A stretch of 31,352 bases of DNA from an uncultured Planctomycetales bacterium (GTDB lineage: Bacteria; Omnitrophota; Gorgyraeia; Zapsychrales; CAZAPN01): assembly GCA_964487145.1 (NCBI GenBank), contig CAZAPN010000001.1:1-31352 (forward strand), in the 5' to 3' direction. A program made the position numbers and the translations under genes. The notes beneath the pieces are model-generated. The model saw nothing but the letters and a program-made list of their open reading frames with translations, searched no databases and was not told the origin of the DNA. Positions 18,442 to 27,424 of this stretch are shown piece by piece (position 1 is the first letter of the stretch; each line of letters opens with the position of its first letter).

Positions 18442-19491
18442 GTGGATATTCGAGAACTCTTATTTGTTGTTACTGAAAAGAAGGCGTCTGATTTGCATTT
18501 AACGGAAAATATGTCGCCGATCTTGAGGATAGACGGCAAACTCAGCGTTATGCAAGAAAGAGCCCCTCTCTCCAGAGAAGAACTCAAGAAGATGATTTAT
18601 GGGATGTTAAGTGACAATCAGAAAGAAAAGTTTGAAAGGGATTTGGAACTGGATTTTTCTTTGGCGTTAGCTGGCTTGGATCGTTTCCGAGCGAATGTTC
18701 ATATCCAGCGGGGATGCGTCGAGGCCGCGTTTCGTCGCATACCGTTATTTGTTCCCAATATCACGGAATTAGGGTTGCCTCCGGTCATTCAAGAAATGGC
18801 CATGAAACCCAATGGTTTAGTTTTGGTCACTGGGCCCACAGGGATGGGAAAAACAACGACCTTGGCATCCATGGTCAATCTGATCAATAACGAGAAGGCC
18901 TCTCTGATCATCAGCATCGAAGATCCCATTGAATATGTTCATGTCAATAAGAAATCTGTCATCAAACAGAGGGAAGTTTATAAAGATACCCATACTTTTG
19001 CCGAGGCATTGAAACGATGTCTGCGTCAGGATCCCGACGTTATTGTGGTGGGAGAAATGAGAGATCTTGAGACCATTTCGACTGCCCTGACCGCGGCTGA
19101 AACCGGACACTTGGTTTTGGCGACATTGCATACTCCGGATGCGCCACAGACCATTGAACGTATTATTGACGTTTTTCCTGCTCATCAACAGCAACAAGTC
19201 AAACTTCAGTTGGCGGACTGTCTCCAGGGGGTTATTTCGCAATTGTTATTGCCCCGCGCCAGCGGAGAAGGCAGAGTCTTGTCGACGGAAGTCATGGTCG
19301 CCACCGCGGGGGTAAGAAACCTCATTCGAGAACAGGCGATTGAACAGATCCCTACCATTATTCAAACCGGAAGTCAGCACGGGATGAAATCCATGGATAA
19401 ATCCCTCAAGGAACTTTATTATGCGGGGATTATTTCCTATGAAGTGGCCTTGTCCAAAGCCAAAAATCCCGAAGAATTCAAACAATTATAA
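18442..19491 (+). CDS. pilT: PilT/PilU-family type IV pilus retraction ATPase
   Basis: ASDLHL, Walker [10 protein letters not shown], Asp box IEDPIEY, Walker [13 protein letters not shown], His box TLHT, and GVRNLIRE (AIRNLIRE-like). GTG start. Confidence 0.92.
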   Translation: MDIRELLFVVTEKKASDLHLTENMSPILRIDGKLSVMQERAPLSREELKKMIYGMLSDNQKEKFERDLELDFSLALAGLDRFRANVHIQRGCVEAAFRRIPLFVPNITELGLPPVIQEMAMKPNGLVLVTGPTGMGKTTTLASMVNLINNEKASLIISIEDPIEYVHVNKKSVIKQREVYKDTHTFAEALKRCLRQDPDVIVVGEMRDLETISTALTAAETGHLVLATLHTPDAPQTIERIIDVFPAHQQQQVKLQLADCLQGVISQLLLPRASGEGRVLSTEVMVATAGVRNLIREQAIEQIPTIIQTGSQHGMKSMDKSLKELYYAGIISYEVALSKAKNPEEFKQL

Positions 19492-19508
19492 ACAAAGAGT
19501 CTTCAACG

Positions 19509-20591
19509 ATGAGATATCAAGTCACATTAATTCCAGGTGATGGTATCGGCCCGGAAGTGGCCGAGGCCATGAAAAAATGCATTGATGCCACCGGTGTCAA
19601 GATTGATTGGGACGAACAAATTGTCGGAGAATATGCCATCAAAAAGTTTGGGGCCCCTCTTCCGGACAGTGTCATAGAATCGATTAAGAAAAATAAAGTC
19701 GCGATTAAAGGGCCCATCACAACTCCCATCGGAACCGGTTTTCGTTCGATCAACGTTCAGCTGAGGCAAGTTTTGGACCTTTATGCGTGTGTCCGTCCGA
19801 CTAAATATTACGAGGGGACAAAAGCCAAGGCCAAGGATTTAGACTTGGTGATCGTCCGGGAGAATACCGAAGATTTATACGCCGGCATTGAATTCGAGTT
19901 GGGAACGGAGGCATTGAAAAAAGTTAAACACGTGATCAATGAGCTTCAACCTAAACAAATCCGGGAAGATGCGGCCATTTCGATCAAACCTATTTCTGTT
20001 TTTGGGTCGAAACGGATTGTCCGATACGCCTTCGAGTATGCTCTTCAAAACAACCGTAAGAAAGTGACGGCGGTCCATAAGGCGAATATCATGAAATTTA
20101 CCGACGGATTGTATCTTAAGGTCGCGCGAGAAGTCGCTGAAGAATACAAAGGCAAGATCGCTTTCGAAGATGTGATTGTCGATAACCTATGCATGCAGCT
20201 TGTTCAGAATCCAAAGAATTTTGATGTCTTGGTTTTAACAAATCTTTATGGAGATATTGTTTCAGACTTGTGTGCCGGATTGATGGGGGGGTTAGGCGTT
20301 GCTCCCGGAGCCAACATCGGTGAAGGATGCGCCCTTTTTGAACCGGTCCACGGTGCGGCCCCTAAATATACGGGGATGAATAAGGTAAATCCCACGGCCA
20401 CCATTCTTTCGGGTGTTCTCATGTTGAAATATTTAAAAGAAAACAAGGCCGCAGAAAAGCTTGAAAATGCGGTCAAACAGGTTTTGAAAGAAGGGCGTTT
20501 TGTGACTTATGATTTAAAGGCGGACCGGAATGACCCTTCCGCGGTTGGAACCCAGCAGATGGCAGAGGCGATTTGTCAGAAAATGCGGTGA
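19509..20591 (+). CDS. icd: Isocitrate dehydrogenase (isocitrate/isopropylmalate dehydrogenase family), probably NADP-preferring
   Basis: [54 protein letters not shown] resembles the E. coli IDH HGTAPKY NADP motif rather than the NAD-type HGSAPD. Confidence 0.85.
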   Translation: MRYQVTLIPGDGIGPEVAEAMKKCIDATGVKIDWDEQIVGEYAIKKFGAPLPDSVIESIKKNKVAIKGPITTPIGTGFRSINVQLRQVLDLYACVRPTKYYEGTKAKAKDLDLVIVRENTEDLYAGIEFELGTEALKKVKHVINELQPKQIREDAAISIKPISVFGSKRIVRYAFEYALQNNRKKVTAVHKANIMKFTDGLYLKVAREVAEEYKGKIAFEDVIVDNLCMQLVQNPKNFDVLVLTNLYGDIVSDLCAGLMGGLGVAPGANIGEGCALFEPVHGAAPKYTGMNKVNPTATILSGVLMLKYLKENKAAEKLENAVKQVLKEGRFVTYDLKADRNDPSAVGTQQMAEAICQKMR

Positions 20592-20609
20592 CCTTTTATG
20601 CTTTTATTC

Positions 20610-20648
20610 CCCCGTTGTTTGGCCAACAGACAGCGGGGTTTTTTATTA
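20610..20648 (+). terminator. Rho-independent terminator after icd
   Basis: CCCCGTTGT pairs with ACAGCGGGG (9 bp, one G-U) around an 11-nt loop and is followed by TTTTTTATT. Confidence 0.82.
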
Positions 20649-20676
20649 GAGGTGTTTAACAAAGGAGTCTTTTGAT

Positions 20677-21327
20677 TTGAATTCTTTTGAGTGTATTGAC
20701 TTAGGTTTGGTTGATTATCAATCCTCTTACGAGCTCCAGAAAAAGGCAGTCGAGGAGGTGATCTGTGGCCAGAGAGAAAAATTGTTCCTCTGTGAGCATC
20801 CGTCTGTCTTGACAATGGGAAGGCTTGCTACTGAGAAAAACATTTTGGTCCCGAAAAGTTATATTGAAAAGGAAAAGATCGATATTTTACGCATTGATCG
20901 GGGCGGTGAAATCACCCTTCATACCCCAGGACAGCTCGTTATCTATCCGATTATCGATTTAACGAGGCTCGGGCGGGATTTACGGCTTTATATGTCGAAA
21001 TTAGAACAACTTACGATTGATTTATTGCAGTATTTTGGTATAGTGGCTAATAGAGTGCCTGGACAAAGAGGCGTTTGGGTCCAACAAGATAAGATTGCCT
21101 CCATCGGCATCGGGGTTCGCCGATGGATTTCTTTTCATGGATTGGCTCTCAATGTCAGTTGTGATTTAAGTTTGTTTCATTTGATCCGTCCTTGCGGTCT
21201 CGATGTGAAAATGACCTCCATCGAAAAGCTTTTGAATAAAAACGTAAACATAACCCTTGTCAAAGAAAAGTTAAAACACCTTTTTTCTTCTCATTTTGAT
21301 TGTGAGTTAATCGTAACAGGAGACTAG
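20677..21327 (+). CDS. lipB: Lipoyl(octanoyl) transferase LipB
   Basis: TTG start 9 nt after AAGGAG; EHPSVLTMGR, DRGGEITLH.PGQLVIYP, KIASIG, HGLALN, PCG. Confidence 0.94.
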   Translation: MNSFECIDLGLVDYQSSYELQKKAVEEVICGQREKLFLCEHPSVLTMGRLATEKNILVPKSYIEKEKIDILRIDRGGEITLHTPGQLVIYPIIDLTRLGRDLRLYMSKLEQLTIDLLQYFGIVANRVPGQRGVWVQQDKIASIGIGVRRWISFHGLALNVSCDLSLFHLIRPCGLDVKMTSIEKLLNKNVNITLVKEKLKHLFSSHFDCELIVTGD

Positions 21328-21329
21328 CG

Positions 21330-21557
21330 ATGGATATTAAGCTTCCCTCCTTGGGAGAGGGGATTGAAAAAGCAACCGTATCGTGTTGGTATGTCATCGT
21401 TGGAAATACTGTTGAAAAAGATACAGATCTTGTGGAATTGGTCACGGACAAAGCCACATTTAATGTCCCCTCGCCGATCAAAGGGATTTTAAGAAAGGTT
21501 TTTTTTAAAGAAGGAGAAACCGTTCTCATTGGCCAGACATTGGCCCTGATTGAATAA
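21330..21557 (+). CDS. Stand-alone biotin/lipoyl-attachment domain protein (E2-type lipoyl domain)
   Basis: 75 aa, IKLPSLGEG...ELVTDKATFNVPSP.KG; DKA carries the lipoyl-acceptor lysine. Confidence 0.9.
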   Translation: MDIKLPSLGEGIEKATVSCWYVIVGNTVEKDTDLVELVTDKATFNVPSPIKGILRKVFFKEGETVLIGQTLALIE

Positions 21558-21576
21558 GGAATCAAAGACCTCGGAT

Positions 21577-22689
21577 ATGACAAATCGCAGGATCCTCCTC
21601 ATGTATATTACCGAAGTTTCAGGCCATCATAAAGCCACGATGGCCATTGAAGAAGCTTTGCGAGCCCTTTCCCCTCATGTCGAAACCCGTCGGATTAATG
21701 GATTCGGTTATGTTTATCCCATTATGGAAAAAATCATCAATAAAGCCTATATGGGGGTTATCAAACGTACTCCTAAAATTTGGGACTACCTTTATGACAA
21801 TCCGTTGATTGTCCGCAGAACAAAACGATTAAAGAATCTCATCCACAAATCTAATCACGCAAAACTGGCTAAACTTTTTGACGAATTTAAGCCTGATGTG
21901 GTTGTCTGTACCCAGGCCTTTCCTTGCGGGTTGGTGGCGGATTATAAAATGACGTATGGCCTGGACACGCGTTTAATCGGTGTTTTGACAGATTACGCCC
22001 CGCATGCCTATTGGCTCCATGAAGGGGTGGATTATTATGTGGTCCCTTCGGACGAGGCCAAAGAACGTTTCATGAAGGAAGGGATTCTCGCGCATCGGAT
22101 CAAACATTTCGGAATTCCCGTTGACCCGAAATTTGTCGGACGTTTAAACCGAAAGTTGGTCATGGAAAAGCTCGGATTAAACAGCACGATTCCCGTTGTG
22201 CTTATTATGGGGGGCGGACAAGGTCTGGGGCCGATTAAAACGATTGTTCGTTCTTTGATTAAATTGTCGAGGAATGTACAATTGATTGTTGTGGCAGGAA
22301 CGAACAAGAAATTGCTCCGTTTCTTAAGGAAAATGGAAAGTAAAACTCATCAAAAGATGTTGGTCTATGAATATGCCTACAACATTGATGAACTCATGGA
22401 AGTCGCGAGTTTGATTGTGACAAAACCCGGCGGGATGACAACGGCCGAATCCCTTTGTAAGGGTTTGCCGATGGTGATTGTCAACCCGATTCCCGGTCAA
22501 GAGGTCCGTAATACCAATCATTTGTTAAAAAAAGGGGTCGCGTTAAGGATTAATCGAGTGAGGAATCTTCGACGAGAAATGGAACATCTTTTAGACCATC
22601 CGGAGAAACTTTCGGAGATGAGCAAGGCCGCTTACCAGATCAGCCATCCCCATTCTTCACTGGATATCGCCCGGTTGATATTACAATAA
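21577..22689 (+). CDS. UgtP/MGDG-synthase-like GT28 glycosyltransferase
   Basis: SGHHKAT, LTDYAPHAYW, GIPVDP.F, IMGGGQGLG, TKPGGMTTAE, PIPGQE..N. Start is ATG 21577 or TTG 21550. Confidence 0.88.
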   Translation: MTNRRILLMYITEVSGHHKATMAIEEALRALSPHVETRRINGFGYVYPIMEKIINKAYMGVIKRTPKIWDYLYDNPLIVRRTKRLKNLIHKSNHAKLAKLFDEFKPDVVVCTQAFPCGLVADYKMTYGLDTRLIGVLTDYAPHAYWLHEGVDYYVVPSDEAKERFMKEGILAHRIKHFGIPVDPKFVGRLNRKLVMEKLGLNSTIPVVLIMGGGQGLGPIKTIVRSLIKLSRNVQLIVVAGTNKKLLRFLRKMESKTHQKMLVYEYAYNIDELMEVASLIVTKPGGMTTAESLCKGLPMVIVNPIPGQEVRNTNHLLKKGVALRINRVRNLRREMEHLLDHPEKLSEMSKAAYQISHPHSSLDIARLILQ

Positions 22690-22695
22690 ACGCGT

Positions 22696-23553
22696 ATGTT
22701 TAAATATTTTTTATATAAATTCGGCCAGTTCCTCGTTAACCATTTGCCGCTCAAGGTGTGCTATCGGATTTCGGTTTTTTTCTCCGATCTGCAGTACTAC
22801 TTTTCCCCGCGCGATAAGAGGTCAGTGAAAAATAACTTACGGATTATTCTTCCTCACGCGAAGAATATTGATATCTTGGCCAGGGAGGTTTTTGAAAACT
22901 TTGGAAAATACTTGGCTGATTTCTTCCGGATGGTGAAGGAGTCGCGTGAAGAGGATTTCTTTACAAAAAATACAAAAACGATTCATCAGGAATATCTGAC
23001 AGAAGCCATGAGCCTCAAGAAAGGGGGCATTATTTTAACCGCCCACTTAGGAAATTGGGAGGTGGGTGGCATGGTTTTATCAAAATTGGGATATCCTTTT
23101 GTCGCGATTGCTCTTCCCCACAAAGAGCGGCCTGTGAATGACTTGTTTAATAGTCAGCGGGAAGCCATGGGGATTATGGTGGTTCCTACCAGTGTGGCCA
23201 TCCGTCGGTGCATTGAGGCTTTGAAGAAAAACGGGTTAGTGGCATTATTGGCTGACCGGGATTTCAGCCAAAACGGAGAGGTGATGGATTTCTTGGGACG
23301 CAAGGCTTTTATCCCCAGAGGCCCCGCTGTTTTTTCTTTAAAAACAGGGGCCCCGATCATCCCGGCTTTTTTTATCCGTGAAAAAGATGACACCTATCGT
23401 TTGATTTTTGAAAAGCCCATTTATCCGTCAGGAAGGCATGATTCTGTCAAAGATATTCTTTCGATCATGAAGAAATATGTGGTTGTTATCGAACAAAAGA
23501 TCCGCGCCTATCCTACCCAGTGGCTCATGTTTAGGGAGTTTTGGATTCCATGA
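22696..23553 (+). CDS. Lysophospholipid acyltransferase family protein (LpxL/HtrB/PatA-like)
   Basis: Catalytic TAHLGNWE (HX4E), ALLADRD, FLG...P.GP and C-terminal PTQWLMF...W. Confidence 0.87.
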   Translation: MFKYFLYKFGQFLVNHLPLKVCYRISVFFSDLQYYFSPRDKRSVKNNLRIILPHAKNIDILAREVFENFGKYLADFFRMVKESREEDFFTKNTKTIHQEYLTEAMSLKKGGIILTAHLGNWEVGGMVLSKLGYPFVAIALPHKERPVNDLFNSQREAMGIMVVPTSVAIRRCIEALKKNGLVALLADRDFSQNGEVMDFLGRKAFIPRGPAVFSLKTGAPIIPAFFIREKDDTYRLIFEKPIYPSGRHDSVKDILSIMKKYVVVIEQKIRAYPTQWLMFREFWIP

Positions 23554-24227
23554 AAATCTGTGTCATTATTCCGGTCCACAATGAATCAAAAGAGATTGGC
23601 CGATTGGTTCAAAGAGTCAAAAACAAAGGCTTTGATGTCCTTGTGATCGATGACGGTTCAACGGATTTTTCAGGCCGAATTGCCAAAGAACAGGGGGCTA
23701 TGGTTTTAACCCATGATATTAAAAAGGGTAAAGGACAGTCTTTGAGGGATGGGTTTGAATATGTGAAAGAGAAACCCTATACGGGTGTGATAACGATGGA
23801 TGGGGACGGTCAACATGCGGTCGAAGATCTGGATCGTTTTATCGCTCGAGCCACCCAGGTGCCTCAGTCGGTTATTGTGGGAAGCCGGATGGACAATGCC
23901 AAGGGCATGCCGGCCATTCGTTTTTTGACCAATAAATTCATGTCGAGTTTGATTTCTTCCCTATGCCATCAGCACGTGCCGGATACGCAATGCGGTTTTC
24001 GATATTTGGGAAGTGAGGTCTTAAAACATCTGCAGCTGAACTGCAATGACTTTGAGATTGAGAGTGAAGTTTTGATGAAAGCGAGCCGGAATCACTTTAA
24101 GATTTATTCTGTCCCGATTCAGACCATTTACCGCGATGAAAAAAGTAAAATCAATCCGTTGAAAGACACCTTCCGTTTCTTTAACTATATCATTAAAGAA
24201 TTGTTCTTCTCGGCACGTTCCTCATAG
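23550..24227 (+). CDS. Family 2 glycosyltransferase (DPM-synthase-like)
   Basis: VIIPVHNE, VIDDGSTD, GKGQSL, TMDGDGQH (DXD), DTQCGFR, FEIESE; ATGA overlap with the acyltransferase. Confidence 0.9.
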   Translation: MKICVIIPVHNESKEIGRLVQRVKNKGFDVLVIDDGSTDFSGRIAKEQGAMVLTHDIKKGKGQSLRDGFEYVKEKPYTGVITMDGDGQHAVEDLDRFIARATQVPQSVIVGSRMDNAKGMPAIRFLTNKFMSSLISSLCHQHVPDTQCGFRYLGSEVLKHLQLNCNDFEIESEVLMKASRNHFKIYSVPIQTIYRDEKSKINPLKDTFRFFNYIIKELFFSARSS

Positions 24228-24244
24228 CCAACCGGGCATGGATT

Positions 24245-24940
24245 ATGAAAAAGAGAGATTTTAACTATTCCATTGTTGAAAATAATATTTTCCGTTTTGC
24301 TTTAATTGTTTCCGTTTTGCTCCATCTTGTCTTGTTCGTGAAGATTTCCGCGGCCAAATGGAGTCAAAGGAACAAAAAGGTCCAAACGATCGAAGTGGCT
24401 TATTATCGCATGATGCAGACCGTAAAAAAAACAGAGGAACAGACGGAACGTTTGAAAACTTTTAAAAAGAAACTTTTGGAACCGAAGAAGGATGTCCCTC
24501 AGCAGAAGAAGGGATCGTCTCCGTTTGTGAAAGATTTGACCAAGCTCATGGACACCTTTAAAGTTCCTCAGAAAAAATTGTCAGAAACACCTCCTGAACC
24601 GAAGAAAAAAGTGTCCGTTCCCGCCTTGGAATCGGAAAACATGAAAAGCCCGTCTTATTTGAATTATTATCAAATTATTCGTAATAAAATCAAAGAACGG
24701 GCTTATGCGAATTTTGTCAAGGCCGATAAGGGTGAGGTTTATCTGACGTTTGTTCTTTTGGCTGACGGCAAGTTGCAGCAGATCAATGTGTTGGAAGACC
24801 GGACGTCGGCGAATCCGTATATCCGAGAGATTAGCGTTAAAAGTGTTCAGGAATCAGCCCCGTTTCCGGCCTTTCCAGCCAACTTAAGTTATCCGGAGCT
24901 TTCTTTTAATGTCATTATTTCCTACGAACTTACCGAATAG
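24245..24940 (+). CDS. TonB/TolA-like energy transducer (N-terminal membrane anchor, Lys-rich linker, TonB-like C-terminal domain)
   Basis: TM segment FALIVSVLLHLVLF with the SxxxH motif; C-terminal Y...IRNKI...GEVYLTFVL..DG.L...SV..SAPFP. Confidence 0.75.
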   Translation: MKKRDFNYSIVENNIFRFALIVSVLLHLVLFVKISAAKWSQRNKKVQTIEVAYYRMMQTVKKTEEQTERLKTFKKKLLEPKKDVPQQKKGSSPFVKDLTKLMDTFKVPQKKLSETPPEPKKKVSVPALESENMKSPSYLNYYQIIRNKIKERAYANFVKADKGEVYLTFVLLADGKLQQINVLEDRTSANPYIREISVKSVQESAPFPAFPANLSYPELSFNVIISYELTE

Positions 24941-24972
24941 ATGTTTGATAAGGTAAGAAAGGGGGTTATGTC

Positions 24973-25449
24973 ATGGAGAGATTGAAATACCCAGAAAATT
25001 ATTATATTCGGGTCTTATTAAACAAAGTGACCTTACGAGAAATTATGGTGACCAAAGTCATTGCCGCCAAGATTGAGGATAAGGTGAGTGCTGTTGAAAG
25101 AGCCATGAGGGAACGCAATATCCGTCATATGCCCATTGTTGACCATCAAAATATTTTAGTGGGGATTATTACGCAAAGGGATATCTTTCGGATACAATCC
25201 CCGCGGCGCGATGAGGATGGAAATTGGTTTTATGATAGTCAATTGTTGGATGAATATATTTTGTCTCATATCATGACGAAAAATCCTTTTACCTTACGCC
25301 CCGAAGATTCTGTGGCGACCGCCCTTATCGCCATGTATGAAAGAAAATATGGATGCATTCCGATTATCAGTGAATATCATGAGCTGTCGGGAATTGTTAC
25401 GCAAACGGATATTTTGGGGATGGCTGTTCGGATCCTCAAAGAAAGTTAG
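24973..25449 (+). CDS. Tandem CBS-domain protein (AcuB-like)
   Basis: IRHMPIVD...LVGIITQRD, IMTKNPFTLRPED, GCIPII....LSGIVTQTD. Confidence 0.88.
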   Translation: MERLKYPENYYIRVLLNKVTLREIMVTKVIAAKIEDKVSAVERAMRERNIRHMPIVDHQNILVGIITQRDIFRIQSPRRDEDGNWFYDSQLLDEYILSHIMTKNPFTLRPEDSVATALIAMYERKYGCIPIISEYHELSGIVTQTDILGMAVRILKES

Positions 25450-25473
25450 GTCGATGAGAGGGGGGCTCTTGTC

Positions 25474-25502
25474 TTGACAGCCTTCATTTGCGATGTTATC
25501 CT
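25474..25502 (+). promoter_or_regulatory. Sigma70-type promoter with an extended -10
   Basis: TTGACA (25474-25479), a 17-nt spacer ending in TGT, then TATCCT (25497-25502); 45 nt upstream of the ATG at 25548. Confidence 0.72.
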
Positions 25503-25547
25503 AGCCGCGGATTGAAGGTTTTTTTGAGACGGGAAAGGGATGAAATC

Positions 25548-26372
25548 ATGAGGACAAGAAAACCAGTCGTTGCCGGTCAATTTTATCCAGGAGATCGCAA
25601 GGAATTAACGGACATGATTTCCTCCTGGCGTCCCACAGGTATTTCCCCTTTGAAAAGGGAAGGATATAGCAAAGGTTTAGTCCTTCCGCATGCCGGTTAT
25701 ATGTATTCGGGGTTGGTGGCTGCCCAAACGGTTCTTTCGTCTCGGTTAAGGAATCGTTTGATCATTTTGGGTCCCAATCATACGGGGTTGGGAGCCCGTT
25801 TTAGCGTGATGACGCAAGGAACGTGGGAAACACCTTTAGGGAATATCCCCGTGGATGAAGACCTGGCTTCGGCGATCGTTGCTTCGTCAAAATTTTTAAA
25901 TGCCGATGAAGCGGCTCATCAGTTTGAGCATTCCATTGAGGTTTTGTTGCCTTTTTTAAAATATATGAATCAGGAGATCACGTTTGTTCCGATTGTGGCT
26001 GGACATGCCAACGCCAGGAGTTACCAAACTGTCGCCCAAGAAATCGTAGCGGCCATCCGTTCGTTAAAGTTAACGGAAAAAGTTTCGATTGTGGCCAGTT
26101 CCGATATGACCCATTATGAGCCCCAGAAAGAAGCTGAGCGCAAAGATCACTGCGCCATTGATGCCATTTTGAAGCTGGATCCCGATGCCCTTTTGAGTTG
26201 TGTGGAACAGCAGGACATTTCCATGTGTGGAGTCGTACCGGTTTTTATTATGTTAAATATTGTAAAAGAATTAGGCGCAAATAAAGCAAATCTGATAAGA
26301 TATATGACCAGCGGTGAGACGAGCGGAGATTATCACTCTGTGGTGGGTTACGCTGGGATTACAATCGAGTGA
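25548..26372 (+). CDS. amrB: Memo-family protein (AmmeMemoRadiSam system protein B)
   Basis: RKPVVAGQFYP, PHAGYMYSG, GPNH, EHSIEV, SSDMTHY, SMCG. Start at 25548; the track start of 25488 lies inside the promoter. Confidence 0.92.
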   Translation: MRTRKPVVAGQFYPGDRKELTDMISSWRPTGISPLKREGYSKGLVLPHAGYMYSGLVAAQTVLSSRLRNRLIILGPNHTGLGARFSVMTQGTWETPLGNIPVDEDLASAIVASSKFLNADEAAHQFEHSIEVLLPFLKYMNQEITFVPIVAGHANARSYQTVAQEIVAAIRSLKLTEKVSIVASSDMTHYEPQKEAERKDHCAIDAILKLDPDALLSCVEQQDISMCGVVPVFIMLNIVKELGANKANLIRYMTSGETSGDYHSVVGYAGITIE

Positions 26373-26382
26373 AAGGATTCCT

Positions 26383-26775
26383 ATGGACAATGAAAAGAGA
26401 ATAGACGAGTCTTGGAAAGAGTCAGTCGACCACGAAAAGAAGGTCGAGCCTCACGAACATTCGGGCAGCGAATCACCCCAAGCAGAGTCTTTGGAGGGGA
26501 CATCGTTGCCGGACATTAATTTTTTAAGTTATGTGACAAGCCTTGCTTTTCAAACCGTGATTTTCTTGGGAGAAGCGCCCAATCCTTTGACCAATAAGGC
26601 CGAAAAAAATCTTCCCCAGGCGAAATTCATTATTGATACTTTGGTCATGTTGAGGGAAAAAACCAAAGGCAATTTAACCGAAGAAGAGGATGCCACCTTA
26701 GAGGCCTATCTGTATGAATTGCAGATGAAATATGTTGAGATCGTCAATGGCGGTTCTCCATCGCCGCAGGCATAA
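26383..26775 (+). CDS. DUF1844-family protein
   Basis: LGEAPNP, AKFIID.L.ML.EKTKGNLT.EE...L...LYELQMKYV; N-terminal DESWK; AGGA SD before ATG 26383. Confidence 0.82.
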   Translation: MDNEKRIDESWKESVDHEKKVEPHEHSGSESPQAESLEGTSLPDINFLSYVTSLAFQTVIFLGEAPNPLTNKAEKNLPQAKFIIDTLVMLREKTKGNLTEEEDATLEAYLYELQMKYVEIVNGGSPSPQA

Positions 26776-26789
26776 ATGAGGAGTTGGAT

Positions 26790-26945
26790 ATGATTGATAA
26801 AGAACTTTTAGAGATTTTAGCTTGTCCGGCCTGTAAAGGCGACGTTGAACTGAAAGAGAATAAAATTGTTTGTACGAAATGCGGTCGCAAATATCCGATC
26901 AAACAGGGCATCCCTGTCATGCTGATTGATGAAGCCCAAAAATAG
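26790..26945 (+). CDS. Trm112-like small zinc-finger protein (51 aa; not in the ORF track)
   Basis: Hand translation gives MIDKELLEILACPACKGDVELKENKIVCTKCGRKYPIKQGIPVMLIDEAQK*; GAGGAG SD. Confidence 0.92.
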   Translation: MIDKELLEILACPACKGDVELKENKIVCTKCGRKYPIKQGIPVMLIDEAQK

Positions 26946-26983
26946 TCTAGAAATGATTCGGTAGCCATGGGGGTAAAGAACTG

Positions 26984-27424
26984 ATGAAAAAGATTCTAAT
27001 AATTCACGGACCCAATCTCAACCTTTTGGGGCAAAGAGAAAAAAATATTTACGGAAAAACGACTTTAAAAGAGATAGACCAGTCTTTAAAAAAAATGGCC
27101 CAAAAGTATCGCGTGACTTTGCAATGCCTTCAATCAAACCATGAAGGGGAGATCGTCGATGCGATCCAAAATGCTAAAAAAAATAAAATTAATGCCATTG
27201 TGATCAATCCGGCCGCCTATACCCATACGAGTGTGGCCATTCGTGATGCGATTGCCGCGGTTGATATTCCGACGGTTGAAGTCCATTTATCCAATATTTA
27301 TGCCCGGGAAGATTTTCGGCAAAAATCATTAATTGCCCCTGTTAGCCACGGACAGGTTAGCGGTTTTGGTGTTGACAGTTACCGATTAGGCCTCGAAGCC
27401 GCGATTAATCTGATTAAAACGTGA
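26984..27424 (+). CDS. aroQ: Type II 3-dehydroquinate dehydratase
   Basis: [48 protein letters not shown]. Confidence 0.96.
   Translation: MKKILIIHGPNLNLLGQREKNIYGKTTLKEIDQSLKKMAQKYRVTLQCLQSNHEGEIVDAIQNAKKNKINAIVINPAAYTHTSVAIRDAIAAVDIPTVEVHLSNIYAREDFRQKSLIAPVSHGQVSGFGVDSYRLGLEAAINLIKT

Noticed and set aside
24968-24985. Out-of-frame mini-ORF MSWRD sharing the CBS gene RBS
   Set aside because: Its ATG is only 2 nt from the G-run, whereas the CBS ATG has a 7-nt spacing.
25455-25470. AGAG-GGGGG-CTCT inverted repeat after the CBS gene as a terminator
   Set aside because: Four-bp stem with no proper U-tract.
25488-25547. N-terminal extension of the Memo ORF given by the track
   Set aside because: It starts inside the predicted promoter; the family N-terminus begins at ATG 25548. 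Track extensions of rpsJ, rplB, rplE, adk, GT2 and DUF1844 were trimmed for similar reasons.
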